From contig CAMIMA010000001.1 of assembly GCA_946222675.1 (NCBI GenBank), positions 29,807 to 93,806 on the forward strand: a stretch of 64,000 nt of DNA, written 5' to 3'. This document shows, one piece after another, positions 9,293-18,247 of this stretch (positions are counted from its first letter, which is position 1; the number at the start of each line of letters is the position of its first letter). The stretch comes from an uncultured Candidatus Saccharibacteria bacterium. Lineage in GTDB: Bacteria; Patescibacteriota; Saccharimonadia; Saccharimonadales; Saccharimonadaceae. The notes beneath the pieces were generated by a model, which saw only the letters and a program-made list of their open reading frames with translations, was not told the origin of the DNA and searched no databases. Both the position numbers and the translations under genes were made by a program.

Positions 9293-10459
9293 ATGAAAAC
9301 AACACTTGTAACTGATTGGACAGTTGGAGATATTTGCAAAGGCTTTATTTACGATAAAAACGAAGATAAGGGCCTATTCGGTTTAGACGGTAAGCTTATT
9401 ATTCAGCCTGAGTACCAAAGAAATTATATTTATGGTGATGGTAAAAAAGATGTTGCTGTTGTCGATTCTCTGCTCAAAGGTTATCCTCTTGGCTTAATTT
9501 ATTTTGTGAAGAATAATGACGGAATGTATGAAGTATTAGATGGGCAGCAGCGTATTACATCATTCGCACGTTTTGTTAATCAATCGTGGCCTTTTGCCGT
9601 TGAACGTGATGGCAAACCAAAATATTTCAACAGTCTTTCCAAAGATGAGCAAGATTTAATTAGTAATACAAAGCTTACAATTTACGTATGCGAAGGAACG
9701 CCTTCAGAAATTGAAGCATGGTTTGAAACTATTAACATTGCCGGAGTTCCGCTAGTAAAACAAGAACTAAGAAATGCGGCTTATCATGGTAGTTTTGTAA
9801 CGCTTGCTAAGGAAGAATTTTCAAATACTTCTAATTCTAAGATGAATATGTGGCAAACATATGTGAAAGGCGATCCTAAACGTCAAGCAATTCTTGAAAC
9901 TGCTCTCGACTGGGTGAGTGATGGAAAAATTGACGATTATATGGCTCAACATAGAAACGATGCAGATATTAAACAGTTAAAAAACCACTTTGATACTGTA
10001 ATAGATTGGATAGATTCAATATTTGACTATACTGGAAATGAAATGTGTGGCCAAGAATGGGGCAAGCTGTACACTACGTATCACAAAAATGCCTATAGTA
10101 AGGCTCAGATTGCAGAACGAGTATCTGCGCTTTTAGAAGATTCTCAAGTTCAAAATAAACGTGGCGTTATCGAGTATGTGCTTGGTGGAGAATCTGATAA
10201 AACTCTTCTTAGCATACGAGTATTTGACGAGAAAACAAAAAAGCAAGTGTACGCTCGCCAAACGGAAGCCGCTAAGGAAAAAGATACATCGAATTGTCCG
10301 CTTTGCGCTTTGGGTAGTGACAACAACTCCAAACGTATCTATAAATTGAGCGAAATGGACGCGGACCATGTAACAGCTTGGAGCAAAGGTGGTGCGACAG
10401 ACGAGTCAAATTGCCAAATGCTTTGCAAGACTCATAATAGAGCTAAAGGCAACAAGTAA
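9293..10459 (+). CDS. DUF262 (ParB-like, DGQQR) domain protein with a C-terminal HNH nuclease motif; a putative restriction endonuclease partner of the adjacent methyltransferase.
   Basis: [10 protein letters not shown] is the DUF262/GmrSD N-terminal signature. The C-terminus CPLCA...[12 protein letters not shown]...[16 protein letters not shown] is an HNH motif. A GAGGT ribosome-binding site is present. Confidence 0.7.
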   Translation: MKTTLVTDWTVGDICKGFIYDKNEDKGLFGLDGKLIIQPEYQRNYIYGDGKKDVAVVDSLLKGYPLGLIYFVKNNDGMYEVLDGQQRITSFARFVNQSWPFAVERDGKPKYFNSLSKDEQDLISNTKLTIYVCEGTPSEIEAWFETINIAGVPLVKQELRNAAYHGSFVTLAKEEFSNTSNSKMNMWQTYVKGDPKRQAILETALDWVSDGKIDDYMAQHRNDADIKQLKNHFDTVIDWIDSIFDYTGNEMCGQEWGKLYTTYHKNAYSKAQIAERVSALLEDSQVQNKRGVIEYVLGGESDKTLLSIRVFDEKTKKQVYARQTEAAKEKDTSNCPLCALGSDNNSKRIYKLSEMDADHVTAWSKGGATDESNCQMLCKTHNRAKGNK

Positions 10460-10683
10460 CAAATTATATCTTGGTTGCAATGTAAAACGGTGTGAAATGC
10501 GTTACAGCTTTTTTGATATTTCTATCGTTAAAAAGTGCGCACCCAACATTCATAGTATGCACTCAAAAAAGTGTAGTTATACTCGAAGTTCACTTAAGCC
10601 ATATAAACAAAACAACCTATTGATGGCAAACGATTGAACACAATTTTTATTATATAGTCCTTCAACCAGCGCCGCCACCTCTG

Positions 10684-11538
10684 TTATGGCTGTATTGGTA
10701 GTTCAAATAAACGACTAAAGAAGATGAGTAGCACCACTGTCATCGCCAGTGCAAACACCACCGGCGCGCCGAGCTCTTCCCATGTCACGTGGCGGTCATC
10801 CGCCCACGCCTTATACACCTTGATGGTGACAAATGAAATCATCGCCACAAAAATCACAATCTGCGGTAGCAAAATCAGTAGCGAAATCACCGGGTACATC
10901 ACGTTCCAGTGCCAGCAGGCATAGCCAAGAATAGTCACCAAGACGCCCCAAACTGAAGCCAGCAGCGACCGCGACTTCTCGTCATACTGTCCCAACGCTT
11001 GCCGCGCCGCACTAAACGCCACCACAAAAGTCAGCACTAGAGCCAGCCACAGCGTCTCCTTCGACAGCGTATAAATCACCATCAGACCGAACAATTCACA
11101 CACGCTCGCCTGAAACAGCACCGCACGCTCGCTCGACAGCGGCTTAATCCATGCCAGCCAAATGGCGTACAGCGTTGCAATGCCCAGCTGCACCTCAAGC
11201 GCGTTAACGTTAAAGCTCCAAAACATCGTGCCCATAGTCGGCGGCAAACCGTTACGAATCAGGTTCTCGTATGTGTTGCCCACATAAGTCGCCAGCATAA
11301 TCACACTCAAACCAACCACCAAATCCGGCAACGAACTCAAGATATTTGCCCACCAGTAACGCGGCCGCACCGCCAGCACGCGCCACTTCGAAATCAGCAG
11401 CAAGCCAATGGCGAGCCACGGCGTCTTAAAAAAGTACACCAGTAGCACCATCAAAAAGCCGAGTGCCACGTTGGCAATCACGTGTGTTGCCAGCGCGAGC
11501 CAGCCGTGGTGATGCGCCGAATGTATAAAATCCACCAT
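10684..11538 (-). CDS. Polytopic integral membrane protein (about 8 TM segments), function unknown.
   Basis: The 284 aa ORF is hydrophobic throughout. Confidence 0.55.
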   Translation of the reverse strand: MVDFIHSAHHHGWLALATHVIANVALGFLMVLLVYFFKTPWLAIGLLLISKWRVLAVRPRYWWANILSSLPDLVVGLSVIMLATYVGNTYENLIRNGLPPTMGTMFWSFNVNALEVQLGIATLYAIWLAWIKPLSSERAVLFQASVCELFGLMVIYTLSKETLWLALVLTFVVAFSAARQALGQYDEKSRSLLASVWGVLVTILGYACWHWNVMYPVISLLILLPQIVIFVAMISFVTIKVYKAWADDRHVTWEELGAPVVFALAMTVVLLIFFSRLFELPIQP

Positions 11539-11608
11539 AGATAGTTACATTATAGCATATCGCGCGGGTTCTGGACAAAATGCTTATAGTTGCGCTACAA
11601 TAAATAGA

Positions 11609-12304
11609 GTGAAAATTAATGCAGATGAACCATTAAAGCCGCAGCCAGTCGAAGAGCCGCACCCGATGGACCGCGCCGAGGCCAAGAATGCTTGGCGCGA
11701 TTTTACGCGCATTTTTGGTTTTGTTGTTGCCGTTATCGTCGGCGCTTGGGCCATTAATACCTTTATTTTTCAGAGTTTTGACGTCGTTGGCCCGAGTATG
11801 GAGCCGACTCTTGAAGGTCAAAACGGCAGCGACCGCGTGTTAGTTAACCGCCTGCCTGTCACCTTCGCGCGTCTGCAAGGTAAACCGTACGTACCAAAGC
11901 GTGGTGACATTATCGTCTTTAAGAGTACTGCCCTGACCAGCACCGGCCAGCCAGAGTACGTGGTGAAGCGCGTCACTGGTCTGCCGGGCGAGCGCATGGT
12001 GGTGAAAGATTGCCAACTCTATGTTCACAACCAAGAGCATCCTGAGGGCTTCGACCCATACCCGACTTTTAAGAATTTGGCGCCGAACGATAAAGAGGTC
12101 AACCCATGTGTTGCCGGCGAAGGCACTGATATCACCGTACCGCAAGGCGAAATCTTTGTGGATGGCGACCACCGCTACGGCAACTATTCCACCGATAGCC
12201 GCAATGGCGGCGGACGGCCAAGCCTCGGCACCATTCCATTCGAAAACATCGTTGGTCCGGTTGGTGTTCGCCTCTGGCCAGTCAATAAAATCAAGCTATT
12301 TTAG
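11609..12304 (+). CDS. lepB: Signal peptidase I (S26 family).
   Basis: Motifs GPSMEPTL (catalytic Ser box), KRVTGLPGE and GDHRYGNYSTDSR are present. Confidence 0.8.
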   Translation: MKINADEPLKPQPVEEPHPMDRAEAKNAWRDFTRIFGFVVAVIVGAWAINTFIFQSFDVVGPSMEPTLEGQNGSDRVLVNRLPVTFARLQGKPYVPKRGDIIVFKSTALTSTGQPEYVVKRVTGLPGERMVVKDCQLYVHNQEHPEGFDPYPTFKNLAPNDKEVNPCVAGEGTDITVPQGEIFVDGDHRYGNYSTDSRNGGGRPSLGTIPFENIVGPVGVRLWPVNKIKLF

Positions 12305-12608
12305 CTAAACTTAGCCCCAATCCCAGCCATAAGGCTGGGATTTAATTATGAGCGTATGGGTAAACTAACTTCATAAAGCCCCGTCGCTAGCAGCTTAATG
12401 CTTCAGCACCACATTCAACACCGCCACTGCATCCTTCATCTACACCGCGCGCGTTACCAAAATGTGGGTTACATCTGGCGGCACTTGGCCCGTTACTACG
12501 TTATGTAACATAACAAGTTGCCACGATTTATAGCCATAAAACTCCCACAAAAACTAATCCCCAGCGCAATTATTAAGGGCTGGGGATTGATCTAAACTAT
12601 CAGCTCGG

Positions 12609-13826
12609 CTATTTCTTTAGCTCGTCAAGCGCGGCTTGGAGCTGGTTATCGTGACCCTGCTGAATCTGCTCAGTGTCAAGCTTCACTTCCTTGTCTGGCT
12701 TGATACCCTCGTGGTTGATGTTCTTGCCTTTCGGCGTGTACCACTTGGCCACAGTAACCTTAAGCTGACCGCCGTCAATTGGCAATAGCTGCTGCACACT
12801 GCCCTTACCGTAAGACTTTTCACCTAACAATGTGGCGCGGCCGTAATCGTGTAATGCGCCTGCCAATATTTCCGCTGCCGAAGCTGTACCGCCGTTAATT
12901 AACACCACAGTCTTGTACTGGTTAAGGGTTGGTTCACCCTGCGACAACAGTGTGCCCATCACCTGCGAACCGCGGCGCTCCTGCACCACCATGTTGCCCT
13001 TCGGTAGCCACATACCGGCCAAGTCTTGCGCAGCGTCCACGTATCCGCCACCATTATCGCGCAAGTCAAGCACCAAGCCCTTCACGTGCTGGTCGGTCAA
13101 CTCCTTGCCCGCCTTGTTCATCAACGACGCCGTATCTGCGCCGAACTGCGACACGCGAATGTAGCCAAAGTCGCCTTCCTTACGCCACGTGACGCTCGGC
13201 GTGGTAATTTTGTCACGCTTCAGGGTGAAGTCCTTACGCTCCGTACCACGAATGATAGTCAGCTTTACTTCTGTACCAATCGGCCCTCGAATCTTCTTCG
13301 CTGCCTTCGCCGGATGCAAGTCAAGCGACGGCTCGCCGTCAATGGCTGCAATCAGATCACCACTCTTCAGCCCCGCCTTTTGCGCCGGACCACCATCAAG
13401 AATTGACATCACCTGCAACTGTTTGTCTTGGCTGATGCCCATGGCAATGCCGATGCCTTCAAACGAGCCCGCGAGGTCGTCAGTCAGGGCCTTCGCTTCT
13501 TCGTCGGTCAGATAAACCGTGTACGGGTCCTCCGCACCGGCCACCAGACCACGCACTGCGCCCTGCTCAAGCTTAGTTTTATCAAGCTTGCCGTCAAACT
13601 TCTGTTGCAACGTGTCGTAAACTTCGCGCAAACTACCGTAGTCGATGGTATTAAATGACACATTTTGGAATCGCGTGCCCAATGCGAAGCACACCAGTCC
13701 CGTGCCCAGCGCAATTAAAAAGCATACCGCTGGAGTCACACCTTGGCGTGGCTTACGGGCGGTCGAGCTTGGCTGCGTCGCCCAAACTCCCTGATAATTA
13801 TTTTCACCCTCACTCATTGCTACCAT
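12609..13826 (-). CDS. ctpA: Carboxy-terminal processing protease (S41) with a PDZ domain; the start is uncertain (the ORF extends to 13919).
   Basis: It contains PDZ (GLKSGDLIAAIDGE) and the S41 catalytic region VVLINGGTASAAEILAGALHDYGRATLLGEKSYGKG. An N-terminal TM segment is present. Confidence 0.8.
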   Translation of the reverse strand: MVAMSEGENNYQGVWATQPSSTARKPRQGVTPAVCFLIALGTGLVCFALGTRFQNVSFNTIDYGSLREVYDTLQQKFDGKLDKTKLEQGAVRGLVAGAEDPYTVYLTDEEAKALTDDLAGSFEGIGIAMGISQDKQLQVMSILDGGPAQKAGLKSGDLIAAIDGEPSLDLHPAKAAKKIRGPIGTEVKLTIIRGTERKDFTLKRDKITTPSVTWRKEGDFGYIRVSQFGADTASLMNKAGKELTDQHVKGLVLDLRDNGGGYVDAAQDLAGMWLPKGNMVVQERRGSQVMGTLLSQGEPTLNQYKTVVLINGGTASAAEILAGALHDYGRATLLGEKSYGKGSVQQLLPIDGGQLKVTVAKWYTPKGKNINHEGIKPDKEVKLDTEQIQQGHDNQLQAALDELKK

Positions 13827-13963
13827 TATACCACAAGCGCGACCGTGTGGGGGTGGAAAATTCGCCCCACCGCCAAAGCGTAGTTCACCAACCACAATAT
13901 TCAGCCAGTCTTTGCTCAATATCTAAATCATGATAAAATTGTGATAATAAAGGAGATTAAATT

Positions 13964-14236
13964 ATGATAAACATCCGCCCAGTATCTGACCTCAGAAATA
14001 AGTTCCCCGAAATAGAAAACGCCGTCACTAAATCCAATACCCCTGTTTTTCTGACCAAAAACGGGCATGGCGCAATGGTCCTAATGAGTATGGCGCAGTA
14101 CGACGCCCTCACCGACCGCATCGAGCGCAAACTAGACGAAGCCGACGCGGCGGCAGCTCACTCTCGCGCCCGCCTTTCTGAATCTGAGGTTTTTGATAAT
14201 ATAGAGAAACAACTACGTGCAACCCCAAATCTATAA
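13964..14236 (+). CDS. Type II antitoxin of the Phd/YefM family.
   Basis: 90 aa; PVSDLRNKFPEIENAVTKSNTPVFLTKNGHGAMVLMSMAQYDAL is typical of Phd/YefM. It overlaps the downstream toxin ORF by 20 nt. Confidence 0.6.
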   Translation: MINIRPVSDLRNKFPEIENAVTKSNTPVFLTKNGHGAMVLMSMAQYDALTDRIERKLDEADAAAAHSRARLSESEVFDNIEKQLRATPNL

Positions 14237-14531
14237 ATTAACCTTCTTACCTATTTTTAGGGACGACCTAGAAGAAGCCGTGAGATATATACAATGTGCG
14301 CTACAAAACCCAGAGGCAGCGCTAAAATTCAGCGATTCAGTAAAGCTAGCAATTAGAGAGAGACGCATGGCGCCACTGGCTTTTGCGCCGTATCAAACAC
14401 GCAAACCACACAATCAAACATATTATAGAATTAATATAAAAAATTTTTCTATTTTCTATGTCGTTATTGGCGACACAATGGAAGTGCGTAGGCTAATATA
14501 TAGCCGTCGCGACATAAATAAGATATTATAA
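14217..14531 (+). CDS. Type II toxin of the RelE/ParE family.
   Basis: 104 aa; ...YRINIKNFSIFYVVIGDTMEVRRLIYSRRDI matches the RelE/ParE C-terminal pattern. Start overlap with the antitoxin is the classic toxin-antitoxin operon arrangement. Confidence 0.6.
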   Translation: MQPQIYKLTFLPIFRDDLEEAVRYIQCALQNPEAALKFSDSVKLAIRERRMAPLAFAPYQTRKPHNQTYYRINIKNFSIFYVVIGDTMEVRRLIYSRRDINKIL

Positions 14532-14572
14532 CCCCCCGCAAGCGTGGGGGTATGTAGCTGCCAGCGTAAAGG

Positions 14573-15772
14573 CTATGGCATCTGCGCAAAGTAGATATAG
14601 CCATCAAACAACCCTGGGCTGGCGTTGTAGTGCATGGCGTAGTTGCCGCGGTTGTCTGAGTTGTAGTCTGAATAATTAAACGTGCCGTCTGAGTTGACCG
14701 ACTCAACCCACGCCACGTGGCCATAAGTACCGTTGCGCATCACTGCCACCGCACCCGGCTTCGGCGTGCTGCCGGTTGGTATACCGTAACCTCTGGCACG
14801 ACCCAACCAATTCTTGGCGTCGTTACCGCCGCGCGTCCAGTACGATGGCCAGCCATAGGTGCTTGCCACCTTAAACGCGGCATAGCTCACACACTCGCGG
14901 CTGTACATACCGTAGCTATCTACCATGGAATCCTTCGGCGCATGGCACCAACGATCCGGATATCCACCACCGCAAGCAGTGCCCGCCGCCGTCTTGAGAC
15001 GATTGCCACCCTTCGCACGCATACGGGCGGCAATTTCTGCGGCCTGCTGCTGCTTCAATTGTGCGATGCGGTCGTTACTCTGCTTAGTCAGCGCCTGATA
15101 AGCGGCGTCCTGTCCCTTTGTTTGATCAAGGAGTGTCTGCTGCTCTTGCCGGCTGGCACCGAGCGCTGCCTTTTGATCTTGTTGGCTCGCCAATAAAACC
15201 TCCGTGCGCTTTTTCTTCTTCTCGAGGTCGATCTTCATCGACTTAATGCTATCTACGCTCTTCTTAATGTTATCGCTCACCACCTTTTGCTGCGTCTGGC
15301 GGTCAACGTAATCGCTGATAGAATGGCTATTCATCAAGATATCAAGAGCAGACATTTCGCCATTGAGGTACTGTGTCTTGAGACTCTCGCTGAGGGCAGT
15401 CGCTTGACGCTTTATCTTCGCCTCAAGTTCGGCGATCTTCTGCTGCAAGCTATTGCGCTCGGCTGTAGTCAAGTTAATCTGTGCCTGAATTTGCTGCTGC
15501 TGCAGCTGCAAATCGGCAATTTTGTTCTGAAGATTATCCGCCTGCGCCCGCAAGTCATTTCTACGATTATCGTAGTCGGCAATCTGCAGCTTAATAGCGT
15601 TTATCTGTTCGTCATACTTGTCGGCACGAGCCACATGCCCCGAGAAGTACGGTACCACCATGCCCGACACCATTAGAGCACCAAACACCAGCGTGCCAAA
15701 GCGAACTTTGGCGGTGCCGTAGCGGCGATGTGCTGGCTGAGAGTTTAGACTTTTTGTTATTTTGCGCATCAT
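14573..15772 (-). CDS. PcsB-like peptidoglycan hydrolase: N-terminal TM anchor, long coiled coil and C-terminal CHAP domain.
   Basis: Coiled-coil heptads are rich in Q/L/K. The C-terminus CGGGYPDRWCHAPKDSMVDSYGMYSRECVSYAAFKV...GHVAWVESVNSDGTFNYSDYN carries the CHAP Cys...His signature. Confidence 0.7.
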   Translation of the reverse strand: MMRKITKSLNSQPAHRRYGTAKVRFGTLVFGALMVSGMVVPYFSGHVARADKYDEQINAIKLQIADYDNRRNDLRAQADNLQNKIADLQLQQQQIQAQINLTTAERNSLQQKIAELEAKIKRQATALSESLKTQYLNGEMSALDILMNSHSISDYVDRQTQQKVVSDNIKKSVDSIKSMKIDLEKKKKRTEVLLASQQDQKAALGASRQEQQTLLDQTKGQDAAYQALTKQSNDRIAQLKQQQAAEIAARMRAKGGNRLKTAAGTACGGGYPDRWCHAPKDSMVDSYGMYSRECVSYAAFKVASTYGWPSYWTRGGNDAKNWLGRARGYGIPTGSTPKPGAVAVMRNGTYGHVAWVESVNSDGTFNYSDYNSDNRGNYAMHYNASPGLFDGYIYFAQMP

Positions 15773-15875
15773 AACCTATCCTTCGTAATATTTATATTAT
15801 AACCGCTTATGCCAAATTGTGCAAGGGTCTAATGGTAATCTCGCAGCGAATTGGTCGCTAACCAGCCGCGGCGCG

Positions 15876-17945
15876 CTACTGGCGGAAGTCACCCAGCACG
15901 ACGCGGAAGGAATGTGCTTTATCTACCTTACCATTATATGCACTAGCGTAGAATAAACTCAGACCGCCTTTATCGCCACCACGAGTAAACCATAAATTAT
16001 AATTCCATTCATTATGAGTATCATTATAGCATCCACCAGCGAGCACCCCAAACGCCATATTCCACATAGTGCCATGTTTAGGACCGCATGCTGATAAATA
16101 TGTGCCACGGTCGTACTCTACTTCATGTAGAGATTGACCACCACAAGTTTCCCAAGTGCATTCATAGCGATTTATGGATGCAAAATGATATAAATTGGTA
16201 TATGGCGGCTTAGTGTCAAATGCCGTGTTTTTGTACTCTGGATTCAATACCATCCGACTAGGGTCGTCGCTGTATGCCGCCGCCACAACCTCTCTGCCAC
16301 CACCGGCCATATCATAAATGCCAGTCGGGTTGTTTGTAGTGCTAGCTAACTGACCAGTTGTCCCATTGTATGCTAATTGTGAATCAAGTGAACTACAGGC
16401 TGATTGCGTACCTACTTCGCCGCCATACTTATTGTTACTAAATTTGCCATTCTTACCACGCATAGCGCCGCAACCAGTTATGCCATATTTTAATTCTATC
16501 TTAGGTATATTCTTCTTCTTATCTCTTCTTTGATAAAAACCGCTTTGATTATTAGGCTCAACCTTATCAAATCCAGCTCCATATTGACTTGCCGACAAAT
16601 AAGCCGCTGCACCCCAGTCATTGTTGTTTATGATGCGCGAGCTATAGTGCGCCAAGTTGTTATTATTCTGTGCCGCCAATAGCGTACTTCCAACTGTATT
16701 ACCCGAGTCAACCACACCAAACGACTTCGCTGCCGCAAATAACTCCTCTAGCTTACCATTCACGCCATCAGCATCACCAGAAAGGTATTTCTGATTTGGC
16801 AAAACAGTTGGCTGTTTAAGGTCACCAGTGGTCTGAAATTTCGCAAACCAAATACCGTTGAGCTCCTTGGTGCCGAAGGTAAAGGCTGGATGAGTCGCCC
16901 AAGTACCGGCATCGCTTGGCTTACCGTCAATATAATCACGGTTCAAGTCGCACTCAGTACGGTAGTCCACTCCCTTGCTTGCGCAAACTGCTGGTATGCG
17001 CTTTGGATCGGTTGCTTTCTCAAAATGAATGTTAAAGTTCTGCTCTTTAACCAATTTATCGGTATGGTCGCGACGCATCACCTCATAAGCATAGCGCGGG
17101 ATGTATACCCAGTGGCCCAAAATATCAGCCGGATCAACCACCACGCTCTTGTCTTTATACTTCGCGTAAGCCTCCTTCTTCACCGTCACGGCGTTAGCCC
17201 ACTGCTTATTGGCGTAATCATACCAGCCGCTATTGGCATCTTCTGGGTTGGCTACACTGGTCCACTGTGCATCAGTAGTACTACCCGTGTATTTTACTGG
17301 CACCATGTCTGGGTCGATGTCAATCTTACAGTCGTTATCCGCAGAACCCGCCCGACAAATAGACTTGCTCACCTCTGGTGGCTTCGGCGCTAGCTTTGGT
17401 GTTACTGTGTAAACTACATGTGTAATATACTCGCCGGCTGGTAAATTAGTACTGTCTATATTGGCAGCAAATGTGACCAGTTTGGTGCATTCGGTTACGC
17501 TCTTGCAGCCGTCTAGAGTATTCGGCGTGACGTTGGCAAGACGCAATGGAGCAGATTTGGCAGGAACCTGACTATATTTATCTGATGATTGGTCAAGCGA
17601 ATAGCCCCACTGATTAGCCGGTAGCGTAGACGGAGCACCTTTCTTCACGGCAGTAATTTTATAATTACTATTAGCCGAATTTACTAAATCCTGCTTGTCT
17701 GCAGCCATTGTAATACTAAAGCCATCGTGCGAGCTTGATTTAACAACAATGTTAGATGTAGCCTTATAAAGATCATCTTGTGGCGTCAGATTTGCCGCTT
17801 GTTCTACGGTAATGCTGATTGGGTTAGTCTGGTTAGATGGCTCTGCCGCATGCGCCGGCATCGCAAATAATCCCAGCGCAGCTACTAACGCCGCGCCAGT
17901 ATAGATTACCCCCCCCTGTGGCGTCACTAAATAATTTCGGCTCAT
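15876..17945 (-). CDS. Large secreted surface protein of family B: shared N-terminal domain plus an FGE-sulfatase-like C-terminal domain. A G8 tract lies in the signal-peptide coding region.
   Basis: The signal peptide is MSRNYLVTPQGGVIYTGAALVAALGLFAMPAHA. Blocks conserved with the 34037, 43021 and 45240 proteins include PVKYTGSTTDAQWTSVANPED, ADILGHWVYIPRYAYEVMRRD and HPAFTFGTKELNGIWFAKFQTTG. The C-terminus is RGG...AHSFRVVLG. Confidence 0.7.
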   Translation of the reverse strand: MSRNYLVTPQGGVIYTGAALVAALGLFAMPAHAAEPSNQTNPISITVEQAANLTPQDDLYKATSNIVVKSSSHDGFSITMAADKQDLVNSANSNYKITAVKKGAPSTLPANQWGYSLDQSSDKYSQVPAKSAPLRLANVTPNTLDGCKSVTECTKLVTFAANIDSTNLPAGEYITHVVYTVTPKLAPKPPEVSKSICRAGSADNDCKIDIDPDMVPVKYTGSTTDAQWTSVANPEDANSGWYDYANKQWANAVTVKKEAYAKYKDKSVVVDPADILGHWVYIPRYAYEVMRRDHTDKLVKEQNFNIHFEKATDPKRIPAVCASKGVDYRTECDLNRDYIDGKPSDAGTWATHPAFTFGTKELNGIWFAKFQTTGDLKQPTVLPNQKYLSGDADGVNGKLEELFAAAKSFGVVDSGNTVGSTLLAAQNNNNLAHYSSRIINNNDWGAAAYLSASQYGAGFDKVEPNNQSGFYQRRDKKKNIPKIELKYGITGCGAMRGKNGKFSNNKYGGEVGTQSACSSLDSQLAYNGTTGQLASTTNNPTGIYDMAGGGREVVAAAYSDDPSRMVLNPEYKNTAFDTKPPYTNLYHFASINRYECTWETCGGQSLHEVEYDRGTYLSACGPKHGTMWNMAFGVLAGGCYNDTHNEWNYNLWFTRGGDKGGLSLFYASAYNGKVDKAHSFRVVLGDFRQ
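17919..17926. repeat. Homopolymeric C8 (G8 on the coding strand), encoding the GG of TPQGGVI in the signal peptide of the 15876..17945 gene.
   Basis: Read directly; the tract is in frame in this state. Confidence 0.9.
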
Positions 17946-18247
17946 TAAACCCTCCTTCTTGTTGACTAGTTATCGGCTAGCTCTCGCACAATTTTCTTAC
18001 TTATTTAGTATAACACAAGCACAATGTCGTGGCAACTAGACGCGATGCCCTCATATGGCTTTGGCGATAGTATGGAACGGGCACTACCATCACCTGCCGT
18101 ATCTACGGCAAACTATTATATCTTTATGCCAATTTAGACTGACAATACCCACCCGAAAACAAGGGTGCCCAGCAGTTTCCTGCTGGGCGCATGATAGAAA
18201 GATTTCCGTGACGGGACCAGACTTGCCGGCCGGTATCACGGGGTGAG

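Noticed and set aside
9076-9315. The 79 aa ORF between the methyltransferase and the HNH gene, considered as an independent gene.
   Set aside because: It has no ribosome-binding site and uses a TTG 'start'. It is better explained as the +1-frame continuation of the methyltransferase reached by a change in (GA) repeat number.
10389-10637. The 82 aa ORF downstream of the HNH nuclease gene.
   Set aside because: It is Lys/Cys-rich and AT-biased, has no ribosome-binding site, and lies in the intergenic region before a convergent gene. It is likely non-coding.
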